64,000 bases of DNA, taken from assembly GCA_038893355.1 (NCBI GenBank), contig JAWARQ010000003.1:126787-190786 (forward strand), given 5' to 3'. A program made the position numbers and the translations under genes. Numbering within the stretch: position 1 is the stretch's first letter; each line of letters opens with the position of its first letter. Shown here piece by piece: positions 34,330 through 45,609 of this stretch. Under the pieces are notes generated by a model. That model was not told the DNA's origin and did no database searches. It saw only the letters and a program-made list of their open reading frames with translations. This DNA is from Sulfolobaceae archaeon. GTDB lineage: Archaea > Thermoproteota > Thermoprotei_A > Sulfolobales > Sulfolobaceae.

Positions 34330-35090
34330 TATTAAAATTTTTTTCTATTATTTCATTAATAATTTTAATTTTACCAATTCTTATTTTAATATACTTAGGA
34401 CTTTTTGTATATAAATCTCCTCAAGTCCTCTCCTATACGTTCTTTTCGTCTTTAATTTTGACTTTAGTTTCGTCGTCAATCGCAATGTTAGTAAATATAT
34501 TCCTCTTTACGCCTTTAGCTTATTTTTTATCTAGAAATAATAATAAATTAATAGAAAGCATAGTCGATTTACCCGCAACAATACCACATCCCATTGTAGG
34601 TATCGCATTAGTTTTTCTTACGAGTCCATATACACCGATTGGAAAAGTACTCAATTCCTTAGGAATCTCATTATTTGATAACCTTCTTGGGTTGGTTTAT
34701 GCCCTAGTAATCGTATCCGCACCAATATATATTAAAACTCTAAAATCTTATTTTGATGCACTGCCCAGTAGTTACGAGTATTTTGCTAAAAGTCTTGGTA
34801 CAAACGAAATTAAGTTATTATTAATGATAGTTCTGCCTCTTTCTATACGAGGTTTAATAACTTCTGCATTAATCTCAATGGCAAGAGCAATGAGTGAATT
34901 TGGCTCAGTAGCAATAATTGCATACTATATCTTACAACCGCCTTTTGAACGAGTCTCTCCAGTTTCAGTTATTATATTTGATTATTATACTTTCTATGGT
35001 CCGGGCCCTGCGATAACAGCATCTTCAATAATGGTTCTAGTAGGATTAGCTTATAGTTATATTGTAAGAATTATTGAAAAAAGTAGATGA
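34326..35090 (+). CDS. Molybdate/tungstate ABC permease (WtpB/ModB-like)
   Basis: DLP..IPH.IVG, A.SLG EAA loop, ARAMSEFG. Confidence 0.82.
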   Translation: MILKFFSIISLIILILPILILIYLGLFVYKSPQVLSYTFFSSLILTLVSSSIAMLVNIFLFTPLAYFLSRNNNKLIESIVDLPATIPHPIVGIALVFLTSPYTPIGKVLNSLGISLFDNLLGLVYALVIVSAPIYIKTLKSYFDALPSSYEYFAKSLGTNEIKLLLMIVLPLSIRGLITSALISMARAMSEFGSVAIIAYYILQPPFERVSPVSVIIFDYYTFYGPGPAITASSIMVLVGLAYSYIVRIIEKSR

Positions 35091-35148
35091 TCAGCGTCTA
35101 GCGGTTTCTTCACCATTCTACCCTGCCCGGTATAATTTCTTCATCCTA
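35088..35148 (-). ncRNA. Box C/D guide sRNA
   Basis: Minus strand ATGAAGA-AATTATACCGGGCAGGG-TAGA-ATG-GTGAAGA-AACCGCTAGACG-CTGA. Confidence 0.72.
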
Positions 35149-35189
35149 GGATTTAAATAGGCAATTTTGAATTAATATTTGTCGACGAT

Positions 35190-37757
35190 ATGAAATATAA
35201 TAGGTACATTAAGAGTGTATTTTTAATAATAACTGTTATTTTTTCTTTAATTATTGTTATTAATACTATATTCACTAATTCGCAAACTGGCAATGATATT
35301 CAAGGTTATGCTAATTGGGTATCACCAACTATAGTAGCACCAGGACAAACTAATGCTGTATTACAGATCTTTTTAATAAACACTCAGTCCTTCGCAATAT
35401 ACAATGCACGCATATTCCTATCTAATTCACAAGTATTTACATTTCATTATACCCCGATCTATGTTAATAAGTGGAATCCAGGTAATGTAATCTCCTTCCA
35501 AGTTCTAGTCGACGTTAATCCTAATATCGTGCAAGGTAATTATCAGATTAATATAGTAGTATCAAATACTACTTCAGTATTCTACGGCTCAATTAATGTT
35601 CCGGTTTCTGGTTTTATTAACTTTAAAGTTTATGCAGTATGGGGGAATCAACAAAACCCAGTTGTTCCATATCCAGGTGCAATAAATTTACCTTTAACAA
35701 TTTATATAGCTAATATAGGAAATACAATTGCAGATAATGTAACTATTTATCTTAATTCAAAATCTCCATTCAAATTTACTCCAGATAGTTTTGACATAGG
35801 AGTAATTCAGGCAAACAGTGCAGTAAATATTTTGACATTAGTTTCAATAGATCCAAATGCAAGTGTAGGTAAATACTCTATACCAATTATAATTCATTAT
35901 TTTAATAAAAATGTTACTTATAATTTAAGCCTGGAAATAACGGGCAACCTTACAGCTAGTGTGTATTTATTAAATGCATATCTTGGAGAGAACGCTTCAC
36001 CTATGCAATATGCTACACCATTATACTTAAGTTTAATTTACATTAGCCCGTCACCAGTGTATTTGATCCAAATTATTGGTGAATTACCTAATGGCTTTAC
36101 TAATTCTACTGGAGGTGAAGAAATATTTTATAATCAGCCTGGGCAGGGAAGTAGCGGAATTATAAATGCAATTTTCCTAATTAATATAGGTAATGTAAGC
36201 TTAGGGAAATATTCGATTCCTTTTATCATAAAATTAAATACAATCAATAATGGTATAATGCAGGAGTATGTAAGGAACTTAACGGCCAATGTGTATTTAA
36301 ATGGTTATCCGGTTATAGAAATTTCTTCACTTAATTCTTCATTAATTCCTGGACTAAATCATGTTATGATAATTATAAAGAATAAAGGATATGGTAATGC
36401 GTATAATTTAACAATAACTCCTCTACCTTCTCCACAAGTATCAGTTCTTAACTTAACGGCAGTGAAAATACCTTTACTTCGTGCAGGAGAAAGTAAGAGT
36501 TTCTTTATAAACCTTTTTGTACCGCAAGAACTTCAAGGCTTAACTTTTACACTTTCATTAAATATTAACTATATTTCACCTTCTTTATCGCCAGTTTCCA
36601 TAACTTTGCCTATAAGTTTTTATGTATCGATAATTCAAGCCGACGCTTATTTGCAAATATGGAGTGAAAGTACATTAATTCAAAATCAAGTGAATAATGT
36701 TAAAATATATATTAAAAATATAGGAAACTTTAATATATATAACTTAACATTAATTTTTAATCCGCAAAATATTGCTATATTAGGTCAAAATCAATTTATT
36801 ATCAAAACTTTGGCACCAAGTGAAATAAGGGTTATTAATTTAAGTATATTCCCACCTCTTCTTAGTCAAGGAGTGGGTATTTTACAAGTTATTGCACAAT
36901 ACTTTCTACCTTCTGGCCTGTTCGAATCTAAAACCCAAGTTATTACATTCATGATTAATCCCCAAGAGTTAGTAGCTAATCCAATAAGCTTTACAGTATT
37001 ACCTAATATCCTAACATCTGGAAATTTACAAGTGATAAAGCTAATTATCAAGAATAATGCAGATTATCCTCTATATAAGATTTCAATTTCTCTAAATTCA
37101 CAAACGGGCTTTATAAATTCTACCTTAGAATATATTTCATCACTATTTCCAAATCAGAGTTATGTAATACCATTACAAGTTCTTGTCCCATCAACCTTAA
37201 ACTTCTTTTCTCTAAATATTATAGCTACCTATTATTCTAATAATCAAAATCAAGTGCAACAAAACTTAATAAATTTACCAGTAACTGGATCGATTAACTT
37301 CCTATTAACTCAATCTTCTGTAGTTCAAACTAGTGTTAATAATACTATAATAATTTCTGTTACTCCTACAATAGTTAATTACGGAACTGGAACTGCAATA
37401 GGCGTAATAGCAAAACCAGTCTATCCAGCTATCGCAATCCCTGTAATAAATGGAAGTGTATATGTAGGGAATATTGCCCCTTATACTCCTACTACCTTTA
37501 CAATTTCATTTATGATCAATTTGAATTCTGCGAGGCTACTTAATTTTACTCTACCAATAACGCTAATTTACACTGATAGCTTAGGAAGGATAGGAAATCA
37601 AACTATACAAATCCCAATAAGTATCACATTAGCTACACAAACTTCCTCCTTAAGACATTCTTCTTTTCAATTTTTAACTTATATTCCAATATTAATCATA
37701 ATAGTTATTATTATAATAATATCTACTATAATAATATTGAAGAGGAGAAGAAAATGA
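35190..37757 (+). CDS. COG1361 S-layer-domain family surface protein
   Basis: Signal peptide, repeated Ig-like units (I.N.G...A.NV; G.Y.IP), C-terminal TM plus KRRRK. Confidence 0.8.
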   Translation: MKYNRYIKSVFLIITVIFSLIIVINTIFTNSQTGNDIQGYANWVSPTIVAPGQTNAVLQIFLINTQSFAIYNARIFLSNSQVFTFHYTPIYVNKWNPGNVISFQVLVDVNPNIVQGNYQINIVVSNTTSVFYGSINVPVSGFINFKVYAVWGNQQNPVVPYPGAINLPLTIYIANIGNTIADNVTIYLNSKSPFKFTPDSFDIGVIQANSAVNILTLVSIDPNASVGKYSIPIIIHYFNKNVTYNLSLEITGNLTASVYLLNAYLGENASPMQYATPLYLSLIYISPSPVYLIQIIGELPNGFTNSTGGEEIFYNQPGQGSSGIINAIFLINIGNVSLGKYSIPFIIKLNTINNGIMQEYVRNLTANVYLNGYPVIEISSLNSSLIPGLNHVMIIIKNKGYGNAYNLTITPLPSPQVSVLNLTAVKIPLLRAGESKSFFINLFVPQELQGLTFTLSLNINYISPSLSPVSITLPISFYVSIIQADAYLQIWSESTLIQNQVNNVKIYIKNIGNFNIYNLTLIFNPQNIAILGQNQFIIKTLAPSEIRVINLSIFPPLLSQGVGILQVIAQYFLPSGLFESKTQVITFMINPQELVANPISFTVLPNILTSGNLQVIKLIIKNNADYPLYKISISLNSQTGFINSTLEYISSLFPNQSYVIPLQVLVPSTLNFFSLNIIATYYSNNQNQVQQNLINLPVTGSINFLLTQSSVVQTSVNNTIIISVTPTIVNYGTGTAIGVIAKPVYPAIAIPVINGSVYVGNIAPYTPTTFTISFMINLNSARLLNFTLPITLIYTDSLGRIGNQTIQIPISITLATQTSSLRHSSFQFLTYIPILIIIVIIIIISTIIILKRRRK

Positions 37758-38935
37758 AACTAAGGGATATAATACTACTTTCTATTAAAGACTTATTTTC
37801 AAGAAAAGTTATAACTATTTTAACAATATTCAGCGTAACTATCGGAATAGGTAGTATGATAATATTAGTATCGACAACCGAGGGAATTAGTGAGAGTATT
37901 TCAAATTCTTTATATTCATTAGGACCAAATACTATAATAGTATTACCTGGCAGAGGCGTCCCTTTAACACAAAATGAATTAAATATTATTTCCAGCTTAC
38001 CATATGTCGCATCAAAGTATCCTGCAGTAGAAGGTTCTGCAGTAGTTTATGTTAATGGTCAACCATTTCCTATAACGATCATTGGAATAGATAACCTATC
38101 AGTAGTTTTAGGATCTTATCAGTTAATTGCAGGGAGAGAATACCCAAAGGGTAAAGTTCCGTTAGCCGTAGTAGGCTATGATATAGCTACTGGAAATTCA
38201 AACAGTCTAGTTATAAAGCCAGGTGATCCAGTAGTAGTGCATTTACCAAATGGCTTAAATTATATACTTTACACCTCTGGAATTTTGTCACCTTCAGGCT
38301 TTACACCATTAGCTGATGCTGATAACTCAATATTTCTTCCTTTTGATGAGGCTATAGTTATACTAAATAGATCTACATATTCTGCAATATTTGTAAGAAG
38401 CACGAGTGTAGAAAATGTAAACGTGCTTGCCAATTTAATTTCTGCAGTTTTAGGTAATTCTGTAAGGGTAATTACAGTAACGCAGATAGTAAATACTGTA
38501 CTTCAAATTACGTATAGTATTTCATTCTTATTAACGGCAGTGGTCTCAATTTCTCTCTTTGTCGCAGTATTAGGAATAATGAGTACTTCGATGATTATAG
38601 TCTATCAAAGAATTAGGGAAATTGGAATCATGAAGACTTTAGGAATGAAGAGTAGAGACGTGCTTCTGGTATACCTAACTAGATCTGGAATTATAGGATT
38701 CTTAGGGGGAATTTTGGGCATAATTACTGGAATACCAATAAGTTATTTACTAAGTACTAGCGGATTTAGAATAGGAGGAAATTTAGGATTAATTTTAACT
38801 TATCAACCCATAATATCACCTTACTTAATAATACTTGCAATAACAATATCTGTGGTAGTTGGAATGGCAGGAGGTAGTTATCCAGCATGGAGGGCATCGA
38901 GACTAAATCCTATTGAAGCCATAAGACAAGAATAA
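37754..38935 (+). CDS. MacB/FtsX-type ABC permease
   Basis: RIREIGIMKTLG, YPAWRASRLNPIEAIR. Confidence 0.92.
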   Translation: MKLRDIILLSIKDLFSRKVITILTIFSVTIGIGSMIILVSTTEGISESISNSLYSLGPNTIIVLPGRGVPLTQNELNIISSLPYVASKYPAVEGSAVVYVNGQPFPITIIGIDNLSVVLGSYQLIAGREYPKGKVPLAVVGYDIATGNSNSLVIKPGDPVVVHLPNGLNYILYTSGILSPSGFTPLADADNSIFLPFDEAIVILNRSTYSAIFVRSTSVENVNVLANLISAVLGNSVRVITVTQIVNTVLQITYSISFLLTAVVSISLFVAVLGIMSTSMIIVYQRIREIGIMKTLGMKSRDVLLVYLTRSGIIGFLGGILGIITGIPISYLLSTSGFRIGGNLGLILTYQPIISPYLIILAITISVVVGMAGGSYPAWRASRLNPIEAIRQE

Positions 38936-38957
38936 AAGCTAAGGAGAGAAATATTTT

Positions 38958-39012
38958 ATAGATGACAGAAAAAGCCGTCTGAAAGATGAAGAAAACTCCC
39001 ATGGGTGGAATT
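38958..39012 (+). ncRNA. Box C/D sRNA with sR1-like guide, possibly permuted
   Basis: GATGAC-AGAAAAAGCCGT-CTGA-AAG-ATGAAGA-AAACTCCCATGGG-TGGA; ACTCCCATGG is antisense to CCATGGGAGT in Sulfolobus 16S (recalled). Confidence 0.62.
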
Positions 39013-39410
39013 TAAGAAAAAAGTATACTCTCCTCTAGCTCTATATGTTTTTTAAATAACTCTAACGCTGCGAGATTTTTAATTACGAACTTAAAATCAT
39101 CTTGAATTGTTTTCATTTCAACTATAAAAGATTCAAGCAATTCGTGATACCTTTTAAGCCCTTGTAAACCCTCAAACCTTTGATCCTTTAATACTCTATG
39201 GTAGGGACCATTTTCTGACTCTTCTAATAATCTATGAATTGAAACTCTTTCCCAGACGTTTAACAACTCTTTTTTATGCTCCATTAATACTTCTTTATTC
39301 AATATAAAATATTGAAAAATCTTATAAATATTCTCTTCTAATTTACTCAATATTTCTTTATGAATTTTAATATGAACTTCCTTTTTATTTAAATTCAATG
39401 CACTCATCAA
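39012..39410 (-). CDS. Hemerythrin-like protein
   Basis: H...EE, H, H...H and HIELEE spaced metal-ligand motifs. Confidence 0.6.
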   Translation of the reverse strand: MMSALNLNKKEVHIKIHKEILSKLEENIYKIFQYFILNKEVLMEHKKELLNVWERVSIHRLLEESENGPYHRVLKDQRFEGLQGLKRYHELLESFIVEMKTIQDDFKFVIKNLAALELFKKHIELEESILFS

Positions 39411-39580
39411 TACTTAATTGCTTTAGATCAAATAAAAATGTTAGTATCAATGCAAATTTTGTATTATCAATTAATAGATAAATATAGTAAATATTTTTTA
39501 TTAAAATATATTTTTAAAATTTATTTAATATTAACTTATAACTACAGTTAAAGGCACATTTATTACTTAATAAGAAGAAA

Positions 39581-41836
39581 GTGAATAGTAGGAAAAGGAT
39601 GGAAATTATAAATGAAGTTAACGAAAAGTTAAAGTCCTATGGTGCTGAGGTTGCATATGTTCACACAGAAACATATTTAGAGCCAGATTTTGGGAGCTAC
39701 GTAGAGGAGCTTAACATAAATGAGGATCTAAAAAGAGCACTTAAAAGGATTGGAATAACTAGATTATATAAGTATCAAGAAGAATCTTTGAAATTAATCA
39801 AGGATGGTAAAAATGTTGTAATAATTTCTGGAACTGGAACTGGAAAGACTGAAGCCTTCTTAATTCCTTTATTAGATCTGGCTATGAAGGGAGAACGTAG
39901 TGTATTGATATATCCCACACGAGCCCTTGGTAGAGATCAATTCGGAAGAATTAGTAAAATAACGAATGAGTTGTTTGGAATTAATGTAGGAATATTTGAT
40001 GGTGATACTCCTGAAAAGGAAAGGATAAGGATTTCAAGAAATCCTCCTCAAATACTGATTACGACTCCCGATATGCTTCATATAGGTCTTGCACTAAGTG
40101 AAAGGTATAGAAGAATTATTAGAAGTGCACAACATTTTGTATTTGACGAACTACACGTATACGAAGGCGTGCTTGGTTCGCATTTAAAAATGCTAGCTGA
40201 AAGATTAAGAGATGGTAATACTAATTTCCATGTCATAGCAGCTAGTGGTACCATAGGGTTTAGTAAATTTCTCTTTAGAGAACTTTTTGGGGTTGATGGT
40301 GAAATAGTTCAAGGATCTAAGAGAAGAAAAGGTATGGCAATTCATACTTTAGTAAAATTAAACAGTATTAGCAGATGGACTTTAGCCGCTTACCTCGCCT
40401 CAGTTTTAATAAAGAAGGGACTTAAGGTATTAGTATTTGTAGATTCGCAACAAATGGCTGAAGTAATCGCTAAGATAGCCGATAAGTTTAATATTAATCT
40501 TCAAGTTCATAGAGCAGGACTTTTACCAGAAGAGAGAATAGGAGTAGAGGAGAAACTTAGGAGAGGAGAAATTGATGGTGTTGTAGCTACACCTACATTA
40601 GAACTTGGAATTGACATAGGATACTTAGATGCTGTAATCTTAGCAGATAATCCACCTAGTTATACTAAATACTTGCAAAGAGCCGGAAGGGCTGGAAGGA
40701 GGAATAATATAGCTTATATATTTACCCTACTTGGTGAGGACCCAATAGATCAATATTACCTTAGGAGACCAAGGGAATTCTTTAATAGAGAGCTCTTACC
40801 TTTAACTTTCGATTCAGAGAATTTAGAAGTAGCTAAAATACATGCAGCTGCGCATGTGTTAGAACGTAGCAAGTTAAATCTACAATACTTAAGCGAAACC
40901 TGGAAGAAGGCGTTAAATGATCTTTTTAGAGAAGGAAAAGTAAGGATTAACGCAAATTTTGTATATAGTACTCTAGAAACTCTAAATTTTGTTAAAAATA
41001 CATCATTAAGAAATATGGGGCCAATAGTTAAAATAGTTGAAGGCGATAGGAAAATTGGAGAAAGAACTTTACCAGAAGCGTTATTAGACCTCTATCCTAA
41101 CGCAATATATCTTATCTCCAAGAAGAAGTATGTTGTAGAGAGCCTAGATTTAAATAAATTAACTGCAAGGGTTAGGAGAATAAATGATGATTTAGATTAT
41201 TATACTAAACCAATTTATTATATAGATTTAATAAATTTTAATCCAATTTCGGAAAGAGATGTACTAGGATTGAGAGCTAAATATGGTGAAATGGAACTAA
41301 AGATAGTAGTAACTGGATACGTAGTATATGATATCTTCAGTAGGAGAAGGAAAGAACTATTGAGAGAAGAATATTCTAATTCGCCAATAGAATTTAAATT
41401 TAAGAGTAAGGGCATCCTAATTAAGCATCCTATATTAGAAGAATTTACAATATACGATGCCGCAGAAGCTTTTCACGCTACAGAACATGTACTAATATCT
41501 TCTGCTAGAGTAGTAGTTGGAGCTTCACAGACTGACTTATCTGGAATAAGTTATCCAAGTGGACATATAGCAATTTATGATTCGGGGATAGGTGGAACTG
41601 GTGTGGCAAAGAGTTTATTTGATAGACTAGAAGAAGCTTACAGGGTATCCTTAGATATTCTATCGAGTTGTGATTGTGAAGATGGTTGTCCTAAATGTAT
41701 TTACAGTCCGTATTGTGGTAATAATAATAAAGTACTATCAAGACGAAAATCGTTAAGATTAGTAAAAAAGATACTAACTGAAGGTGAAATTGCAAGAGAA
41801 GATGAAGAAAGTATCTATGGTACACCTATTGTTTAA
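39581..41836 (+). CDS. SF2 helicase with C-terminal DUF1998 (Hrq1/SftH/MrfA family)
   Basis: [34 protein letters not shown]. Confidence 0.92.
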   Translation: MNSRKRMEIINEVNEKLKSYGAEVAYVHTETYLEPDFGSYVEELNINEDLKRALKRIGITRLYKYQEESLKLIKDGKNVVIISGTGTGKTEAFLIPLLDLAMKGERSVLIYPTRALGRDQFGRISKITNELFGINVGIFDGDTPEKERIRISRNPPQILITTPDMLHIGLALSERYRRIIRSAQHFVFDELHVYEGVLGSHLKMLAERLRDGNTNFHVIAASGTIGFSKFLFRELFGVDGEIVQGSKRRKGMAIHTLVKLNSISRWTLAAYLASVLIKKGLKVLVFVDSQQMAEVIAKIADKFNINLQVHRAGLLPEERIGVEEKLRRGEIDGVVATPTLELGIDIGYLDAVILADNPPSYTKYLQRAGRAGRRNNIAYIFTLLGEDPIDQYYLRRPREFFNRELLPLTFDSENLEVAKIHAAAHVLERSKLNLQYLSETWKKALNDLFREGKVRINANFVYSTLETLNFVKNTSLRNMGPIVKIVEGDRKIGERTLPEALLDLYPNAIYLISKKKYVVESLDLNKLTARVRRINDDLDYYTKPIYYIDLINFNPISERDVLGLRAKYGEMELKIVVTGYVVYDIFSRRRKELLREEYSNSPIEFKFKSKGILIKHPILEEFTIYDAAEAFHATEHVLISSARVVVGASQTDLSGISYPSGHIAIYDSGIGGTGVAKSLFDRLEEAYRVSLDILSSCDCEDGCPKCIYSPYCGNNNKVLSRRKSLRLVKKILTEGEIAREDEESIYGTPIV

Positions 41837-42360
41837 GATCTTATTAAATGTAGAAAGTGTGGGATTTCTGGTATAATTAATTCTTTTAATGCTAATTTTA
41901 CCGCATCAGGCGAGCCTGGTAATAGAAATATTAATTTATTCGATATTATCCCAGCAGTAGCTTTTGATAGATATGCAGAAGAGCCAATCTGATGATAACT
42001 TATAGTTCTAAAAAGCTCGCCAAATCCTATAATTTCTCTATCAAAAAGTGGCTTAATAGTTTCAATTGTCATATCAGTATTAGAATACCCGGTTCCGCCA
42101 GAGGATATTATAACATCTACCTTATCATTAATAATAGCATCAGCGAATGCTTTTATTATGTGAGGTTTAGAATCTGGAATGAGAGTATAGCCGATTAATT
42201 TATGGCCAGCCTCTATCATTAATTGCTTTATTATATCACCAGACTCATCTACTACTGGTTCCTTTTTAACCATTTTTTCGTACCTAGATGTACTTATTGT
42301 AATAACATAAAAGCCAACGGATTTCGGCCCACTTTCTTTATGCAACTCATGTGGTTTCAT
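41833..42360 (-). CDS. moaB: MogA/MoaB molybdenum cofactor biosynthesis protein
   Basis: DESG, GGTG...D.T.E, GFGELFR, LPGSP. Confidence 0.9.
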   Translation of the reverse strand: MKPHELHKESGPKSVGFYVITISTSRYEKMVKKEPVVDESGDIIKQLMIEAGHKLIGYTLIPDSKPHIIKAFADAIINDKVDVIISSGGTGYSNTDMTIETIKPLFDREIIGFGELFRTISYHQIGSSAYLSKATAGIISNKLIFLLPGSPDAVKLALKELIIPEIPHFLHLIRS

Positions 42361-42382
42361 AATTAATTTTATGCACTTCTAA

Positions 42383-43186
42383 CTAAATTTTTATTATTTC
42401 CACATATTCTGCATGATCTAGTGGAAACTCTATAATATCTTCACGAATTAGAATATTTCCTTTTACTCTTAAAATACAACCCTCATTTAATTCAGTAAAT
42501 CTTGTTCTAAAGCTTGTTAAATAAAAATTATTATCAGTATAATAAATTATCGGTAGTGAATAAGGCTTTATTGGATCAATAATTCTAATCATACCTTCAA
42601 AGTACTTATTCCCTATTACCTTACCCATTTTAACGCATTTTACTATTTTAAAAGTATATGGAATGCCCTTAAAAATACCTTCTAGTACTCTTCTTTTCTT
42701 TAATCTCAAAAAATCTTCAGAATTCATTACCTCAATTTCATCCTCTAGAACATAATTAATAGGTCTAGTAATACCTTTTTTCCTCAATTCTACTAATATC
42801 TCGTAATTCTTCTCGTCTTCTGAAATCAAATCAATATCATTACCGACTTCATTAGAATATAAATAACTTCCCGTTATTCCTACATTATTAAAAAACCTAA
42901 GAAACTCTAAAATTTTCTCGTTATTTATTACCTTCTTATAAGGATCTAATATTACACTAAGCTCCAAAGGAATTAATGGAACTTCTAATCCTATTTCAGG
43001 AATGTACTTAAGTAAGTTAGGATAACGAGTCCTTACGATTTCCATTCCTTCTTTCATTTTCTTTATCTTCCTGCCATTTACTAGCCTTGGTAATGCTACT
43101 GCATAACCTTCTGGATGATAGCAACCCTTTACCGCCCATACTACATTATCATAAATTAGCATATATCCCTCCTTAACCTGCATCAA
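42383..43186 (-). CDS. Putative nucleotidyltransferase (COG1665-like)
   Basis: KG..HP, GITGS...DIDL. Confidence 0.7.
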   Translation of the reverse strand: MMQVKEGYMLIYDNVVWAVKGCYHPEGYAVALPRLVNGRKIKKMKEGMEIVRTRYPNLLKYIPEIGLEVPLIPLELSVILDPYKKVINNEKILEFLRFFNNVGITGSYLYSNEVGNDIDLISEDEKNYEILVELRKKGITRPINYVLEDEIEVMNSEDFLRLKKRRVLEGIFKGIPYTFKIVKCVKMGKVIGNKYFEGMIRIIDPIKPYSLPIIYYTDNNFYLTSFRTRFTELNEGCILRVKGNILIREDIIEFPLDHAEYVEIIKI

Positions 43187-43226
43187 ATTTTTAATCAGAA
43201 TATAGGTTCAAAAATTATATATTCGT

Positions 43227-44231
43227 ATGAAATTTCTAATAGTAGGTCGTGGTATAGTAGGTTCTGCATTGTATTATATACTAAAGAAAAATGGATTCGA
43301 AGCTATGGTAATAGAACCAGGAGAGAAAAAGGTATTTCCTACTCTAATACATTCTCTGCTCTTGAAAGGAAAAGATGTTGAATTAGCTTACCGAAGCTTA
43401 CAATTTTATAAAAATATAGGTATAAAATTATATGAAATACCTTCATTCACTATAGGGAATATTTCTGAAGATATCATAAGATTATGGGAAGAATATGGTG
43501 TAGAAATTAGTAATAAATATTTAGAAATTCTAGAAACTGAAGGAATTCTAGCAAAGAATAGTGATAGGCTTGTAGATATTGGTAGCATGATTAGAAATGT
43601 TCCATACCTAAAGGGAAGGGCTAAGATAATAGCTTTAGAAAAGGAGGCTAAGATAATAGTAGATGGGAAGGAGTATAGAGGAGAAGATAATATTATAATA
43701 CTTTGTGCAGGTGCATGGAGTAAATATCTTATAAATATTAATTTGCCTGTAAAATCATATTATTGTTGGGCATCATTAGGAATTTCAAGGAGAGAGTTTG
43801 ACAAGCTAATTATATACGACTATGTACTAGGTTTTTACTCTAGACCGTTCTTAAATAGAGGATTACCATTAATAATAGCAGGGAATGGTAAGAGTATCGA
43901 AGCAAAACCATGGGAGAAGATAGATATAAAGAGTGACGAGAAGGAAGTTTTATTTAAAGTAAAAATTAGGCTAAAGGAATTTACTAAGGTACTTAGCTTA
44001 GGAAGCTACTGTGAGGCAACTCCAGATATGAGACCAACATATGGAAGAATTCGTGATAATTTATATTATATAGGAGGACTTAATGGCTATGGTGCAGAAG
44101 TAGGGCCGGGTATTGCAGAATTATTATTTAATTTTATAAAGGGTAAGGAAGAAATTAAGGAGTATAATATAGAAAGATTTAGTAATTGGGAAGAGAATTT
44201 TGAGATCGGAAAAGAACCTCATGAGCTTTAG
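43227..44231 (+). CDS. FAD-dependent oxidoreductase (DAO family)
   Basis: GRGIVG, CAGAWS, TPDMRP, G.NG.G...GPG. Confidence 0.88.
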   Translation: MKFLIVGRGIVGSALYYILKKNGFEAMVIEPGEKKVFPTLIHSLLLKGKDVELAYRSLQFYKNIGIKLYEIPSFTIGNISEDIIRLWEEYGVEISNKYLEILETEGILAKNSDRLVDIGSMIRNVPYLKGRAKIIALEKEAKIIVDGKEYRGEDNIIILCAGAWSKYLININLPVKSYYCWASLGISRREFDKLIIYDYVLGFYSRPFLNRGLPLIIAGNGKSIEAKPWEKIDIKSDEKEVLFKVKIRLKEFTKVLSLGSYCEATPDMRPTYGRIRDNLYYIGGLNGYGAEVGPGIAELLFNFIKGKEEIKEYNIERFSNWEENFEIGKEPHEL

Positions 44232-44685
44232 AAATGTTATTAGTCTCTATTGCTATGTGGTATTCTATAACCTCCCTTTCACTATGTCTATCTTCAGATA
44301 TTTGTAAATGTAAATATTGTTTTTCTCTACATTCGGCTTCGTAACACTCATATAATAACCATCCTCCCACAAATTCATTATCAACATATTGAGAAAAACC
44401 TCTCCATTTATTTTTGATTATTAAATTTTTATAAATATTTTCACTTAATGTTGGTATTATAACATAATTAGGAAACTTTATAAATATTGGTCTTAAAATC
44501 CTTAAATATTTAGGCTGTACTAGAACTGAAGCAGAGGAATAAAATTGTTCTACATCGCTTACTTTTATAGAACTTATTATACCATCTTTTTTATTTACAT
44601 ATACCGAAACGCAACGATAATCGCTAAATATCTCATCTAATTCCCTCCAGCTAGGTGGTTTAGAGCCTAAAAGCCAATTTAACAT
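44179..44685 (-). CDS. Hypothetical protein
   Basis: 168-aa ORF with host-like composition. Confidence 0.6.
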   Translation of the reverse strand: MLNWLLGSKPPSWRELDEIFSDYRCVSVYVNKKDGIISSIKVSDVEQFYSSASVLVQPKYLRILRPIFIKFPNYVIIPTLSENIYKNLIIKNKWRGFSQYVDNEFVGGWLLYECYEAECREKQYLHLQISEDRHSEREVIEYHIAIETNNISKAHEVLFRSQNSLPNY

Positions 44686-44723
44686 CTTAACTAGGCTTAT
44701 ATTTATGTAAATGATTTTAAAAG

Positions 44724-44778
44724 TTGATGATGAAGCGACGGTTTACGGAGTTATGAAGAGCGCAACCCTTCCTGATAA
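44724..44778 (+). ncRNA. Box C/D guide sRNA (canonical)
   Basis: C ATGATGA (44727), 12-nt guide AGCGACGGTTTA, D' CGGA, C' ATGAAGA, 12-nt guide GCGCAACCCTTC, D CTGA (44772). Confidence 0.88.
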
Positions 44779-44796
44779 AAATTTCTAATTAAAAAA

Positions 44797-45450
44797 TCAA
44801 TATAATTTTGATGCAATTATAAGAAATATAAATGATGAAAAAGGCACTGTTATATTATCATCGATTTTTTCGGATAATTCAGCAATAGTAGCAACAACTC
44901 CTGAAATTAAACCTATTATCCCAAATAGATAGAAGCCTATAGTAGTACAGAGTATAAGCATCCCTATGCTACCCCAAAATCCCTTTCTTCTTCTCTTATA
45001 AACGTAATTCCTTATTATTCCAGTTATACCGTCTCCAAAAGACATATATACCAAAGGTAAAATTCCGATCCATACCTCATTAGTATACCAATACTCTGGA
45101 GAAATTATCCAAAGGATTAGAAGAATAGTACCAAATGAGAATGAAAAGTAAACTTCACCCTTATTACTCTCATCTTGAAACCATTTAAGAAATTTGCCAT
45201 ATTTTCGAGTAACAAGCAAATAGGACATTATTAAATAAGATGCAACGATAGGTACTAGAGGTGATGAGAAGAGAAAAGGAGATAGTATAGCCACAACCCC
45301 GCCTCCCAGAATATGTATACTCTTTCTTGCTACATAACTATTTGTTTTTAATGAAATTATTTTTGAGATATAGAGGGTAACAAAGGCTACCCATATGGAG
45401 AGAATTAGACCCCAAATAATGTCGCCTAACGTTATTATAGGAATCGGCAT
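44797..45450 (-). CDS. Dolichol/phytol kinase-like (cytidylyltransferase family) membrane protein
   Basis: RKSIH, GE, GDG..G, K...GS, DDNITVP. Confidence 0.82.
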   Translation of the reverse strand: MPIPIITLGDIIWGLILSIWVAFVTLYISKIISLKTNSYVARKSIHILGGGVVAILSPFLFSSPLVPIVASYLIMSYLLVTRKYGKFLKWFQDESNKGEVYFSFSFGTILLILWIISPEYWYTNEVWIGILPLVYMSFGDGITGIIRNYVYKRRRKGFWGSIGMLILCTTIGFYLFGIIGLISGVVATIAELSEKIDDNITVPFSSFIFLIIASKLY

Positions 45451-45544
45451 GAGTTACTACTATACATTCTAGATTTTTAATTTGTATATGAAATTGAGAG
45501 GAGAATTAATTTTTTAAATTTTTTATATAAATAAAAATAAAATT

Positions 45545-45591
45545 ATAAATTTAAAGGAAAAAGTACTGAGAAGAATAAATTTAAAGGAAAA
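45545..45591 (+). repeat. Tandem 17-bp direct repeat containing a TATA-like box (period 30)
   Basis: ATAAATTTAAAGGAAAA at 45545 and 45575. Confidence 0.7.
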
Positions 45592-45609
45592 GTATACTAA
45601 TTAATATAA

